A stretch of 64,000 bases of DNA from Paraspadella gotoi (taxonomy: Eukaryota; Animalia; Chaetognatha), in the NCBI GenBank assembly GCA_051294375.1, contig CM119266.1, positions 110,678 to 174,677 on the forward strand. The letters are read 5' to 3'. The notes under the pieces were generated by a model. That model did no database searches and was not told the origin of the DNA. It was given only the letters and a program-made list of their open reading frames with translations. Shown here one piece after another: positions 27,951 to 41,535 of this stretch. Position 1 is the stretch's first letter; each line of letters begins with the position of its first letter. A program made the position numbers and the translations under genes.

Positions 27951-28165
27951 CTACCCATTGAGTAGATACTAACCTCGACGTGCCTCCTCCTCTCAAGCTC
28001 CATCAGACTCGTGAGCTCGTGATCTCTCGGCGTCGACCTGAAAGAAGCCTTACCTTTCACTTACCAACTCTAAATCCTGCTCATCTTACCTATCGCTCTT
28101 TTTCTCTCTTGTTTACCTGATTCCGTTACTACTATTCTCACCCCCTTTTCTAGGCTCCTTTACTT

Positions 28166-28216
<51 letters not shown>

Positions 28217-28324
28217 CTCTATTAGGTACAAATTTTCTGTAACAAGCGAATGCATATTTTACTAAGTTGCGCGTGCCGTTTTGTACGTCTTTTGTTTAAT
28301 GGAACTAATTTTACATGTGTACGT

Positions 28325-28910
28325 TAAGGCGTAGTGAAAGTTACATACGAAAATTCTAAAAGTCAATTATGAACAACATACCATCAGTGAACATTAATTT
28401 GTAAAAAAAATTAATTTTATGCTTTTTAATTTTCGCAGTAGGCTATATTTATATATAGTACTATCCTTATAAATCGAAAAATTTCAAAATAGGCTTTTCT
28501 TAATTTTGATTGCAGATTTGAATTCCTCGTCAAAAGTTGATAAAAGAAATTATAAATCATTTTTAAAAATTCTTTCATTAGGTGGGTTAAAAATTAAAAA
28601 AACTATATTTAATATATAAAAAGTTAATTTTCAGCTTAAAATATAGCTTTTTCTAATTTTTGACCCACTTAATGAAGGAATTTATCAACTTTTTATGACG
28701 AATCCAAATCTGCAAAAAAATCTTAAAAAAAACTGTATTGAAATTTTAACATTTATTGGTTTAGTACTAGTATAAAAATGGCCTACTGCGTAAATTGTAA
28801 AATTTATTATAAATTTTTTTATTATATAAATGTTCATTAGTATAATGTCGTTCGTTCCTCACTTTTAGAATTTTAATTAAAGTTAAATTTGGAAATTTTA
28901 CTACGCCTTA
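28325..28910. mobile_element. Non-autonomous hAT-type MITE
   Basis: TIR TAAGGCGTAGT / ACTACGCCTTA; perfect 8-bp TSD GTGTACGT (28317-28324, 28911-28918). Confidence 0.92.
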
Positions 28911-29742
28911 GTGTACGTATCGATGGACGTTCGTGAGAGAGTCTTGATTGAAAGCTTCCGGGTTCTTGATGTCATCAAATTGTAATAGGGATGTAGGCCT
29001 TTACCCATAATACCCTATTAGGATACAAAGATAAGAGAGCTTGTGTATTGAATGAATGAATAAGTTTTATATTGGTTTTACCAATTTAGTAAAACAGTTT
29101 AAACCACATTTGGTTTTTACAGCCACTTTTGAAAACGAACTACGTGTGAAATAATTTTTTCAAAAATCACCCTTTCAATAAGGCGGAAGACGAACCTCTC
29201 CGTCAAACCCTCTTCCTCATACCCCCCGGTGTCACACCCTGCCACGCCCTCCGTGACGACGTCGCCTTTCGATCATTCCTCTTCTTCAGCTTCTTTTATA
29301 TTTTTATCGAGCCTACCGGCGAAGCCGGTTCAGGCTCGATATTGATTCAGGTCAGCTTCTTTGTGACGTCGTCGTCGTTGTCGTCGGCGTCACGCTGTTT
29401 TTATATAAAAACTACTCCGCTTTTATAGGTTTGGCTGGGACTTACCATTTTTTTTTAAATAAAAATTATTATGAATTATGATAAAGTTTTACAAAAGTGT
29501 GCGACCATAGTAAGTTAAAAATTGCTTTGATATTTTCTTATTACATTTGGATTTAAGTATTTTTTAGTCGAATCTGCTTATCAGCAGATCCCGACTCTAT
29601 AACTCACTTTGTCGGTCCGTCGGTCCGCCCCCTCAATATTGTCGGGCACACTTAAATCATGTCAGAACATCGAATTATGATTAATTATGCTTTAGCGAAA
29701 ACAAAGTTTAGAGTTTGTACTACAACGATTTTTATTTAATAT

Positions 29743-29786
29743 AAACAGACATGTTTCGACTCTTGTTCGAGCCTTCATCAGTGTTT
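29743..29786 (-). ncRNA. Minimal type I hammerhead ribozyme
   Basis: Reverse complement of the 31377 copy, in the inverted arm. Confidence 0.9.
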
Positions 29787-29822
29787 GACAGACTATCAAA
29801 AACTTTTGCAAAAGTAAATGTG

Positions 29823-29884
<62 letters not shown>

Positions 29885-31296
29885 AGTTAAAGTTTCCAAC
29901 AAAGTGGTGAGACAGAATAGTGGTCAGAGGTGGAGGACAGGTGAAGGCAAGGACAGATTGAGTGAGTTTTTGAAAAGAAAGTGAAATGGTCAAACAGAGA
30001 GAGAGTGAGAGAGAGAGAGGTAATATGATACATTTGTGCAATGTACAACAAAGATATAAGTTTTTAAAGTGGAAATAACAATTAGCTAAATAATAAATTA
30101 AATTAAAAGTAGAATTTGAAATATGAAATGAGAAAAAATACATTTGTTAGGGATAGTTAAGTTAAAGAGAAGAAAGGATGAAATGTAAGAGATAAGATAG
30201 AGCTCAAAATGAGCTGGCCCCCTTGTGGAGCAAAGGAGAGACATGGACGATGTGGTCAGGTCATTAGCGCGTCAATGGTTGAGAGGAGAGTGTTACTGAG
30301 CTGGTAAATGCCGGGCTGGGGATCGTTCCTTGTGGGAACATTCCTAGTGCTACTCTTATGTCTCTCTGGCCTGTTACGCTTGCTGACTGCCCTCTTCTCA
30401 CCTGCTGGTGAGATAGGTGGGTGTCCGTTCTTTCTGCTTTGCGGCAGGAGTGGTGGACTCCTCTCCTTCGAGACGATTCCTTCGATCTACCTCCAAGCTA
30501 TGATTCGCTTATCAAAAGCGTGGTGAAGGCCCCGCCTCCACCACGTCCGCACAATGACTCCCCTACCTCCACTCAACGAGGCAGGCGGAGACCCTTGCGC
30601 AGGCAATGGACAGGCGATGCCTCTCCTTCAAATGCAGCAACTCAGTCCCTCTCTCTGTGGACCGAGCATCGCCCAAAACGACGGCTGCAGGAGGAGGGAG
30701 AGGAGTCCACCACTCCTGCGCGAAAGCAGCAAGAACGGACACCCACCTATCTCACCAGCAGGTGAGAAGAGGGCAGTCAGCAAGCGTAACAGGCCAGAGA
30801 GACATAAGAGTAGCACTAGGAATTTCCCACAAGGAAACAATCCCCAGCCCGGCATTTACCAGCTCAGTAACACTCTCCTCTCAACCATTGACGCACTAAT
30901 GACCTGACCACATCGTCCATGTCTCTCCTTTGCTCCACCAAGGGGGCCAGCTCATTTTTGAGCTCCTATCTTATCTCTTACATTTCATCCTTTCTTCTCT
31001 TTTACTTAACTATCCCTAACAAATGTAATTTTTCTCATTTCATATTTCAAATTCTACTTTTAATTTAATTTATTATTTAGCTAATTGTTATTTTCACTTA
31101 AAAACTTATATCTTTGTTGTACATTGCACAAATGTATCATATTACCTCTCTCTCTCTCACTCTCTCTCTGTTTGACCATTTCACTTTCTTTTCAAAAACT
31201 CATCAATCTGTCCTTGCCTTCACCTGTCTCACCTCTGACCACTATTCTGTCTCACCACTTTGTTGGAAACTTTAACTCTGTCTCCTCTCTCTCTCT

Positions 31297-31345
<49 letters not shown>

Positions 31346-31376
31346 TTACTTTTGCTAAAGTTTTTGATAGTCTGTC

Positions 31377-31420
31377 AAACACTGATGAAGGCTCGAACAA
31401 GAGTCGAAACATGTCTGTTT
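31377..31420 (+). ncRNA. Minimal type I hammerhead ribozyme
   Basis: AAACA-CTGATGA-A-GGCTC/GAACAA/GAGTC-GAAA-CATG-TC-TGTTT in the right arm of the Penelope element. Confidence 0.9.
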
Positions 31421-32768
31421 ATATTAAATAAAAAATCGTTGTAGTACAAACTCTAAACTTTGTTTTCGCTAAAACACCAAAACACAACGAAACGAAAGGA
31501 ATACCACTTATGATTAATTATGCAAAAAAAAACGATGTGTCCGTCTCGTCTGTCTGTCTGTCTGTCTGTCTTGTCTGTTCTGTCTGTCTGTCTGTCTGTC
31601 TGTCCGTCCGTCCGTCCGTCCGTCCCACCTTAGCAAAAAACTTAATAGCCAAAATTGAACACTTTTTATATCTTCTAGTTCTCTTTAAAATTTTTATTCC
31701 TTTTACTATTAAATCGATTTTCAATGTAACTTTTTGAATTAGTTTCATTTGGTTGTTGCACTGAAGCTTTTAAATATTTATTAATATATAATAATTATAT
31801 AAAGTTTTGACGGAATTGTGCCAGTAGAAATGAGTTAGATGGAAAAACATAAGTCACATTTACTTGAATCTTTAATATTAATGATTACTAATAAATGTTT
31901 TAATTAATTAATTAATGTGAAAAATGATAATTAAAAAATCTTAAAAGCATAAAGATCGTCGTAATTGCATAAAAGAGAGAGAGAGAGAGAGAGAGAGTGA
32001 GAAGAGAGAGAGAGAAGGAGACATAAAATAAAATAGAGGATATTTGTTTTTTTTGATAAAATGTAAACAAAACATATTTAATAACTGTCCTAACCAATTT
32101 TAAGGACATCGATGATGATAAGTTGAATATAAATTTAAAAATTAATTATTACATTTTAAAATTAATTAATTAATTAATTAATTAATCGATTAATTAATTA
32201 ATTATCGTAGGCAGATCCGACATTGTTTGCTCAAACTTGTTTTTGAATTTCCACTTCATTATGATTTTCTGCAATAATGCAAATGAGATTATAGTACTCA
32301 TTATTAAATATCCAAAAGTAGTATATAGAAATGCCCTTTAATCTTATTTACATATTACAGTATATAATATTGAAGATGAAATTCCAAAAAAAAATTTGAA
32401 ATGTATTTTAAAAATGGGAAATCAAAGGACCTTTTTAATGAGAAGCTATATCTTAATTTTAATACAAATAAAAATAAAATCTTTTACAAGCTAGGATTGG
32501 AAAAAATTGTAACAATTTCCAATTGTAAACAATTGTAACTTTTTTTTCCTTTCTTTTATTTCTTTAAATTTCTCTCAGTTGCTGCCTTTTCTGAACCCTT
32601 TAAAAACGAGTTCAGGCTTTGCAGTGATTGTACAACTACCTTCCAGCGGCTGTCCAGCTTTCTCTCTTTCTCTCTCTGTCTGTCTGTTTCTTTATTTCTC
32701 TTTCTGTCTCTCTCTGTCTCTCTGTCTCTGTCTTTCTCCCTCTCTCTGTACGATCTCTTGCCTGATCG

Positions 32769-34849
32769 TTTTTAGTCGGATCTGCTTATCAGCGGAGAGA
32801 GCGAGCTCTATTAACTCACCTTGGGGTGTCCAGTCGGTCCGCGCCCCCTCAATATTGTCGGCACACACTTATATTCATGTCAGAACAATCGCTTAATACA
32901 ATTACTGCAAAATTGAGTTTCGTGCTGTCGTCTGTCCTGTCCGTTACCGTCGTTCCGTCCGTCGTCCGTCCACCCGTTAGTCAAAAACTCCTAGCATTAC
33001 TCCGGTTAGTATGAGGGTTGTTGGATATGGAATTTTTGTGTGCTGGAGTAGGAAAACTGTGTATGAGACGTTGGATATGAAGTATTCGAACGGGAATACG
33101 TGCGAGCCAGGATGGGTTTATATTGAAATCAAAAAATATTAATTCACATATTTGACGGCCCAATTGCTCACGTGAGTGGACTAGGGCAATTACCGACTTG
33201 AATTTGATATGATGGTAGGAAAGCACTGTGTGGATTGGCTGATTAATAAGATTTCAGATAGAATCGGTGCGAGTTGAAATGAGTTAAAATAGAAAAAAAC
33301 CAATAAGTACATATTACTGAAGTCTTTTAACCTAAATTTACCTCATAATGTATTATTTTATCTAAAAATTGGATACTAAATCGAAATAGGAATATTTTGT
33401 GTAGACTGGGTAGGAGAAAGTATGTGCATATAAAGCTGGGAATTAAATTTTTGCGGATGGTAGATCGTAGGAGGATGGGAAAAAAGAGTTCAAAAATTGC
33501 AAAACCAAAGTAACGTTTGGCGTCCAGATCGGGCGGGACGGAGGCAGAGCGTTCCGCGCGCGGAATAAAATGTTCCAGTACGCCGCGGAGTCACCGGCGG
33601 AACCACCCCCCTCCGCGATCGGAGACGGGCCCAAATATAGGGAAACAAAAGTATTACAACTCGATTCAGCTCGACGAAAGAAAAGGGGGTAAAAAAGGGG
33701 GAACAATTCGGTATCCGTCTTAATTCTTTTAACATTAGCACATGTTTTAGAGAGAGGAAAGTCGTTGCCTCACCTTCTCCTAAGAAACGGTTTCACACCG
33801 TTTTTAACCTCCCTCGCCGATTGGGGTTTTTTTTGATGATTATACTCACGATTTTTATATCTTTAACCTCGAAAATTCAAAAGAATTTCAATTTCAACCT
33901 GCGCTTTCTTGATGAACAAACATCTTATCCTCCGGTTCCTCCGTCGCCGAACATGTTGTTGATAAAACATAGGAACTTCGCCGAACACCTGGTTCCAAAA
34001 CAACTAGAACGTTATTTACAATAAGAGACTAACAGTCAGCCAACGTGAATCGACAACTAGCAGAGGGCAACAAACAGCGACACTATATATTTGACATCGT
34101 TTCTTAAAGAAGTTTCTCTTATTTCATCGCAGTTGGCCTGCTGATTGTGATGCCAGAGTGAGTTGATTGATTGATGTGATTGACCAAATTATGCAAATTG
34201 ACAAAAATATGCAAGAGCTGTGCACCACATTATGACTCAGTTGACCAACATTGATGCTAGTTGAAGACACAACATTCTCAGAGTTCTCCCTAAATGTATG
34301 CCAGTTGACCAAATTATGCCGGTAGACCGAATTATTTTAATTGATCAAATTATGTCAGTTGACCAAATTATGTCAGTTGACCAAATTATGTCAGTAGACC
34401 AAATTATGTCAGTTAACCAAATTATGTCAGTTAACCAAATTATGTCTGTTGACCAAATTATGCAAGTTGATTAAATTATGCAAGTTGACCAGGTTAGCTT
34501 ATTACCACTTAATTTTCGATTGACCTGGAATTTTGTATGTGAGTAGAAAAGTGTGTGATTGAACAGGAAACCAAGTTTCGATGGAATCTTTTGAGTAGAA
34601 ATGAGTTTAAATGAAAAAAAAACAAAAAACCTGTTTCACTAATTGATTATGATTCTTTTTCCTTTTATATTAAATGTAGACATTGTGATTTGACTTTCTT
34701 TTTTGCTATTTAAAATAGTTTAGAGATGAAACGAAAAATTCGTTGTAATAGCAATTTTTATTTTTTATTATTGTACATGTTTCGACTCTTAGTGTTACGA
34801 GTCTTCATCAGCAAATGAATTCAATAGACCAAATTTTTAATATTAGTTT

Positions 34850-34882
<33 letters not shown>

Positions 34883-35200
34883 TTTCCAACAAAGAATTGA
34901 GCAAGGATAGTGGTCAGATGTGAGGACAGGTGAAAGTAGGGAAAGAGAGAGCAAATGATTTTTGAAATTGGTGAAAAGAATATATATATATTAAATATAT
35001 ATGCAGGATGTATTAATAAATCAAATAATTAATCAGTTAATTAATCAATTAGTCAATTAATTAATCAATAATTAATTAATCAGTCAATCAATCCGTCCAT
35101 CCGTCCCACCTTAGCAAAAAGCTCTAATAACTCGTGATTGGCTGGTTGGATTGTAAATTTGTAATGAAATTTTGTGTGTTGGTAGGAAAGTGTGTGATAA
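32769..35200 (+). mobile_element. HINE/DINE-1-like family 1 copy, error-rich
   Basis: 5' terminus TTTTTAGTCGGATCTGCTTATCAGC; internal blocks match 1-830 and the reverse complement of 20930-21380, with many indels. Confidence 0.65.
34771..34814 (-). ncRNA. Minimal type I hammerhead ribozyme
   Basis: Minus strand TTG-CTGATGA-A-GACTC/GTAACACTAA/GAGTC-GAAA-CATG-TA-CAA (GUA cleavage triplet); in a pLTR fragment ~34680-34980. Confidence 0.85.
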
Positions 35201-35201
35201 A

Positions 35202-38200
35202 GTTTATTAGGATTCCTTTTTTGTCCCTCTGGTAGAGATGAAATCGACTTGGGAACTGAATATAAGACATAAACCTGAAATAAAACTTTGGACCACGTGA
35301 AGAGGAGTGACAACTCTCCCAGAGTTTTCCAAGAGTGTGAGTCTGTCTTTCGCATTGAAGTACTTTTGCGGTGTTCTTGATCGGTTAATCTATATGTGAA
35401 TTAATTTTAAAGGGATTTTTGTTTTATAAGTTAATGAAATAATGAATTTTAAATCTGAAATGACTTTTGATTGATTTTGAAATATATTTTTGACTGGTTG
35501 TCGTAGCTGTAGACTTTATATTTTTTACATTGATTAAGACCTTTAGCTATTTTTAATAAATGTTTATTAATAAACGGAGTAGTAATATTAATATAATATA
35601 AAAATATAAAGGTGAACATTCTTAGTTTTTTTTTCGGATTACAAATTGCGGTATAGATATTATATAACAGATACTTATACTAGAAAAGTATGATATTCGC
35701 TAAAATTTTTGTATAGAATAAGGATATTATATAAAAATAGTATCAGCAGGTATTACTGAAAATAAAGAGTCGATAATAACAGGAATATTAAACTTTGAAT
35801 AAAGAAACGTCAAATGAGAAATAAAAACAAAATGATTAAAATTATAATTATAATTCGTTCGATGAACTTTTGAATTTTGAGAGGCTGCTTTATGGCTTAA
35901 ATTACTAAAATTTCATGAAGCTCATTTTTATCATGAGGTTCTTTGGGTCTTTTAAAATATTTATAAGACTGTCTAAATCCCTAAAACTTGATCGGAAAGG
36001 AACTCTCCAAACGCCGTTCAAGGTTAACTGTAATAGTCATCCTTTATTTTTGCGCAAAATATTCGAAGCTTGAGGAAAATGGGAATTTTAAAATATTTAT
36101 TTTAAAGTTATTAAATTGTTAGTTATGTATATAAAGTTAGTCAAGTAACTTTTTAGCTTGGGTGTGCGAGTGGCTTGGTGAGCTAGATTTCAGAATCATT
36201 ATTCTCTAGGTTAGGTGGAGTAGCGTTTGTTCGTTCTGTCGAGTCTATTCTGACTAAATTTATATAGTTCCATATATTCGTTATGCATCATAAAGTTGAA
36301 ATGAATAGGATGGAATGGGGATATATGTATAGAAATGTATTATATGGTGTCCGGCATGTTGAAAAAATAATTCAATAGACCCTTTAACTATAAAATAGAA
36401 TATAGCATAAATGAAATATGTGTGATCTTGGTACTATTAAATGCATACAAGGTTAATATAGTCAAAACTTTTGGTGTTAAATCTTTTTTTTCATTTATAT
36501 TTTTTTAGCGAATTAACACGTCATCTTTACAAACATAAAGGTTGTGATTATATTTTACTCTTGCTTTTTTGGAGTCTTCGATCAGCGGTTTTTGACCTCT
36601 CAACATGATTTTGGTTCACAAACATTGACTTGCGTGAGAGAGGAGAGTAGAGAAAGAAAGTTTCATACAAAGAATTAGAGAAAAGCGATAGATGGCTCGG
36701 GACAGGAGATGTGCTGATAGGATAGGGAAGGAGAGAGAGTGAATAATTTGAAGACTGGTAAGAGAGACGAGCGAAAAAATCACCTACATTTGGCAATTTT
36801 AAAGTCTCTTTTCCTTTACTTACTTTTCCTCTGGGTACTTCTTATCTTTAGTCATCCACTAACCAGCTTATTTTATGTTTAGTTTTAAAATTAAGTTTGC
36901 TTAATTTAAAATCTATCTTGTTGTATATTGCTTAATATAATTGATTTTTCCCTCTTACTTTCCTTCCTCTTATCTCCTATCTCTTATTTACTAGTTTCAA
37001 ATTTATTTCACTCTCTCTCTCTTCCCTATTCTCACCTTCAACCTGAATCCTCTATTTTCTGACTCACCTGTTCTTTTCTTCAATTGCTTTGTTGCGAAGG
37101 AAATCTTTCGTTGAAACCGAAATCTCGTTTGAGTTCGAGAACGCTGAAGAAGACTTCATAAAAGCTAGTGAGTCGAAAACGCTTTTATTATTAATAAAAA
37201 TCAATGTATAATGGTCCGTGAATAAAATCTTCCATTGTTTTCGTGTTATATATCAAACCTTATATAGATAAGTGAACCACAAATTTAAAAATGCTTCCAT
37301 TGTTACTATAATTTGGCTTCATATGTTTTTTTTAATGTTACTTATGGAAATTCTTCGACATAAAATACGACATAAGACTAAACCTGCCAGTTTTTTTTTA
37401 TTTTACCTCATAATTACTTACTTTTTTTTTTATATTAGATTAATTTTCAAACTTAGGTCATACAGATCCCCCCTCGTTTTTTCCTCAATTTTTTTCACTG
37501 TTTTTCGTGTGACTTAAGAAAGGAAGGTTTGTGATTGAGCTGTTTGCTTCTGACACTAATCAATCGATTCTGGTTTAATAACTATAGGCATAATAAACTG
37601 CAACTTGTAGTTAATAAGTTTTTCATTTATAAGTTTAACACTAGTTTGTAGACTTGCCAATTAAAACTTAAAAATTAGTGAGCGCATTCAGTCTAGACCA
37701 TGCAGCAAGGCTCTTTTTACCATTTATCCTAATATTACTTTCTTACAGCAAACAACACCCACTCTCATTCAGGGGTCATCCACTAAATTCTCCACCAAAG
37801 ATGTCGAAATTTATCTAACAGGATAAGTGAAAGGATAAAAGTTTTGTTTACCTAACTATGTTCCAGGATATATCGAATTTACATATGTACTTCTTATTTA
37901 TCTTGGCCATTTATTAAATCTAGTACTAATGTCCATACTATATTAAATATAATATTGTCCCCTTAGTTGTATTATTGCCTGATTACATTATTGCATCAAA
38001 ATATTAGCTTGATCAATAAAATATGCGATGTGATGCTGCTATCTAATATAAAAGGCTCACAAGACCAAGTAGCATTTCAAAATTTGTACTTCCAATTTTT
38101 AAAAAGCGAATTAAAAGTTTTACTATTCTTGGAGGAAACAATTTACCTCATTGTGCCAAAAGTAGTAATTGTGGCCATTTTCCAAAACTTTGAATATTTA

Positions 38201-38870
38201 CCTAAAAGAAAGACTCAGCACAGATTCTTGAAAATATGATAACGTTTTAATTCTATAATTTGACAGTATTTCTGCTTGTAATAAAGGCGCGAAATTTAAG
38301 CAATAAGAGCTTCAAAATGTTTAGAATAAATGTACTGGAGAAGATAATTATTATAATTTTAACCATGTTTTTATTTTAATTTTTTTTTTTAGTTTAAAGT
38401 TAAATAATTTGTGTATTTGATTGTTGTATTTTTTAGTAAGTACTGCTAAATATTATTTTTTAAATATTTTACATCTATCACAAAATATTTTAGTAATTAA
38501 CCATTTTCAAGTAAAGTATGTTTATTCAAAGAAACTAGATGTCAGTCTTTAATCTATATTATATAATTATTATATTATTATAATAAATTTTATTTAAATT
38601 CAAAAGGAATAAAAAAAGATAAGGTTCTATATCCCAAAATATATTTCAAAATCAATCAAGTATTGATTTTAATCATTAATTTTTATTAAAAAAATCCCTT
38701 TAAATTCAATTTCACCCACATACAGGATTGTAGCTGATCAAGGAAAAAACCGCACAAGCTACCCGATCACTTGGAAACTCTGGAGACGCTTCCTTTTCGC
38801 GGTCAGTGTTTTTCAGTTTATCCTAGCTGCCCAATGGTCTTCTACAGACAAAAAAGAAATACCTAATAAC
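35202..38870. mobile_element. Degraded long-TIR element, unclassified
   Basis: 35202-35490 is a noisy reverse complement of 38630-38870 (TTATTAGG..TTTTTTGTC..CCAGAGTTTCCAAG..TTAAAGGGATTTTT); no recognisable ORF or TSD. Confidence 0.5.
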
Positions 38871-40706
38871 AATGAGTCGTGACCCTTTCATCTTATGGGT
38901 GTAATTAAAAACTTTGTGGACCATATATATTGCGTTAAAATATAATGTTAAAATATTTTAGTAAATGCGACTTATGTTTTTCCACTTAACAACTCATTGT
39001 ACACTCTCAGCGATTTCCGTCTGATAACTTTATCAGTCCAGGCTTGNNNNNNNNNNNNNNNNNNNNNNNNNGATAATTTTTATATTGGTTGTACCAATTT
39101 CATATAACAAATGACAAAACAAAATCTTTTAAATTTGATTTTTTTAAGAACGTGTTCTTGTAGAGCTTAAAAAGTTAAATGAAAGTTAGTACTATAATTA
39201 TTTTCAAATTTTGACAATAAATTGGTTAAAAATAGCAAAAACCTTAAAAAATCATCATCATCATCATTATTGGCTGAATTTTATTTTTTTAAACTTTTCA
39301 TTAATAAAACAACAAAATTTTAAAAAGTTGTATTAATAACCTTTATCTAACTTTTAAAGCTCTATCAGAATCTATAAAAAAAATTTATAAGTAAAATTTT
39401 AAAAATTATTTTCATTTTCATATTATTTAATAGTCGCTTAACCATTATTTATTTGAGAGAACTTCTAGTTTTCAACCTGTTCCGGCCTAATATCAAGTAA
39501 GGCGGGCCAAAATTGAAGACTTTTTATAACTTCTAGTTCTCTTTAAAATTTTTTTTTCCTTTTACTACTAAATTGATTTTCAATGTAACTTTTTGAATTA
39601 GTTCATTGGGTTGTTGCACTGAAGCTTTTAAATATTTATTAATATATAATAATTATATAAACATTTGACGGAATTATGCCAGTGGAAATGAGTTTAGATG
39701 AAAAAAAAAGTCACATTTACTTGATATTACAAAAAATACTATATGTCGAATTTTGGGGGGAGCATGATGTAGTGCCTTTTATCTGATGCCTCGACGATCG
39801 TATCGACTCAACCGGTGACGTAATATGTTTTCTCTTCCCGATTGATCTGTAACTTTTTGATTCGTTTTTTCGTGTTTCAATTCATTAAAATAGAAAACAA
39901 GTAAAAACCTAAAATCTGGCTCTCGTTCCTACACTGCTATATTTACTTACTTTTGACAAAATCTAAAAATTACTGATATTAAAAATTATGTATGAAACAG
40001 ACGAAAACTTTTTTTTAAATCAGATGCTATTTAATTTTGTGGAGTGATATTATGAAATTGGTACAAGCAATATAAAAATTATCCATTCATTTAATAAATA
40101 TTATATTATATTATCCTTGGACAAAATTTAAAAAGTTTTAAANNNNNNNNNNNNNNNNNNNNNNNNNNNNNNNNNNNNNNNNNNNNNNNNNNNNNNNNNN
40201 NNNNNNNNNNNNNNNNNNNNNNNNNNNNNNNNNNNNNNNNNNACATTTTTTGCCTAACTTTTTGAGCTCTATCAGAATCAATCAAAAAAACTTAAAATAT
40301 CCAAAAAAATTGATTTACATTATATAGCAAAATAATAATTTGAATTAGCGAATTACTCATGGTTCTGAAAATTTTTGCAAAAAAATATTTTAACACAATA
40401 ACTAATACCAATAATAGATTCGTTTAATACTATTCGCATTAAAATTTGAATTTGTTCGGCTATCGCTAGCACTAGTACATTCTTCGCCATCTGTCGTCGT
40501 CGGCGGAAAACTCGGGGTTTTGGAAGAAGTTCGACGAGACGAAGAGACTTTTGGTTAGAAGTCGAACAAAAGACTAGAGAGAGCGGAAAAATCTTTCTTC
40601 CTTCTTTCTTCTTACGAGAAGGAAATGAAAGTTGGTTTTCAAGGTTCGCGAAAAAAAATGTTGTTAATGGAAATGGCTCGGGTGGGAAGGGAGAGAAGTG
40701 GGGAGA

Positions 40707-40755
<49 letters not shown>

Positions 40756-40946
40756 CGAGAGAAGAGAAGATACAGAGAGAGAGAAGAGGAGAGAGGGAGG
40801 AAGAAATTGAGATAAGGACCAAAGGCGGGACGGAGAAGAACCTCAGAAAGAGGAGAGAAGAAGCGAGATAATAGAATGAATAGGAGATTATTTATTACGC
40901 AAATAAAAGTTGTCTTCCTTTGCTGCGGAAGTGAGCTTTGTTGAGC

Positions 40947-40983
<37 letters not shown>

Positions 40984-41211
40984 GAGAGAGAGAGGACGCA
41001 GAAGAAGAGAAAGAAGAGAACACGAGGAGAGAGAGAAAGTGAGAATGTAAAGAAAAAAAAGATTACAAAGGAAGACGAGAAAGATGAAGATGATGGGGAA
41101 ATTCCTCCCTGGCGACAGAAGGGGAAAAAAGAAAAGAAAGGAGAATACAAAAAAGAAAAGGAATTGAGAAAAAAGAAAAGAAAAGAAATAAAAAAGAAAA
41201 GAAAAGAGAGA

Positions 41212-41535
41212 AAGGAGGAACGAAGCTCATAGAGCAGCCAAGGAGGTCACCCAGAAGAAACTCTTAAAAGATGAAGTCTCGACTCAAGGTTCAAAAGAAA
41301 AGTTAAGCACAGAACTAATTTTATCCCTTTTTTCTTTTTTCTTTTTTTATGAGAAAAAGAAAAAGAAAAAATAAAAAAGAGAAAAAAAGAAAAGAAGAGA
41401 GGAAGGAGGAACGAAAGCTCATAGAGCAGCCAAGGAGTCACCCAGAAGAATCTCTTAAAGATGAAGTCTCGACTCAAGGTTCAAAAGAAAAGTTAAGCAC
41501 AGAACTAATTTTATCCCTTTTTCTTTTCTTTTTTA
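41212..41535 (+). repeat. Direct tandem duplication of an ~190-bp unit
   Basis: AAGGAGGAACG..GCTCATAGAGCAGCCAAGG..AGAACTAATTTTATCCC occurs at ~41212 and ~41403. Confidence 0.8.

Larger units (their letters stand above)
29691..31507 (+). mobile_element. 5'-truncated Penelope-like element forming an ~780-bp-arm inverted repeat
   Basis: 29691-30467 is the reverse complement of ~30695-31472. The spacer encodes the endonuclease C-terminus (DLPPSYDSLIKSVVKA). 16-bp TSD TTATGATTAATTATGC at 29675-29690 and 31508-31523. One hammerhead in each arm. Confidence 0.9.
29560..32244 (+). mobile_element. HINE/DINE-1-like element, family 1 (contains the Penelope inverted repeat)
   Basis: 5' TTTTTAGTCG.ATCTGC-TTATCA-GCAGATCCCGAC hairpin, (GTCT)n/(GTCC)n tract 31548-31625, 3' GCAGATCCGAC..GTTTGCTCAAACTTGTT. 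Inserted in a T run with no TSD; flanks rejoin to match the reverse complement of 24808-24860. Confidence 0.8.

Noticed and set aside
26420-27972. Long Phe/Ser/Leu/Pro-rich ORFs
   Set aside because: Artefacts of a polypyrimidine tract lacking stop codons; open in several frames and crossing an LTR insertion.
32800-39050. Apparent hyper-divergence of repeat copies (also ~7440-9000 and ~14800-17900)
   Set aside because: Dense single-base indels relative to clean copies look like uncorrected long-read gap filling, so they are not treated as biology.
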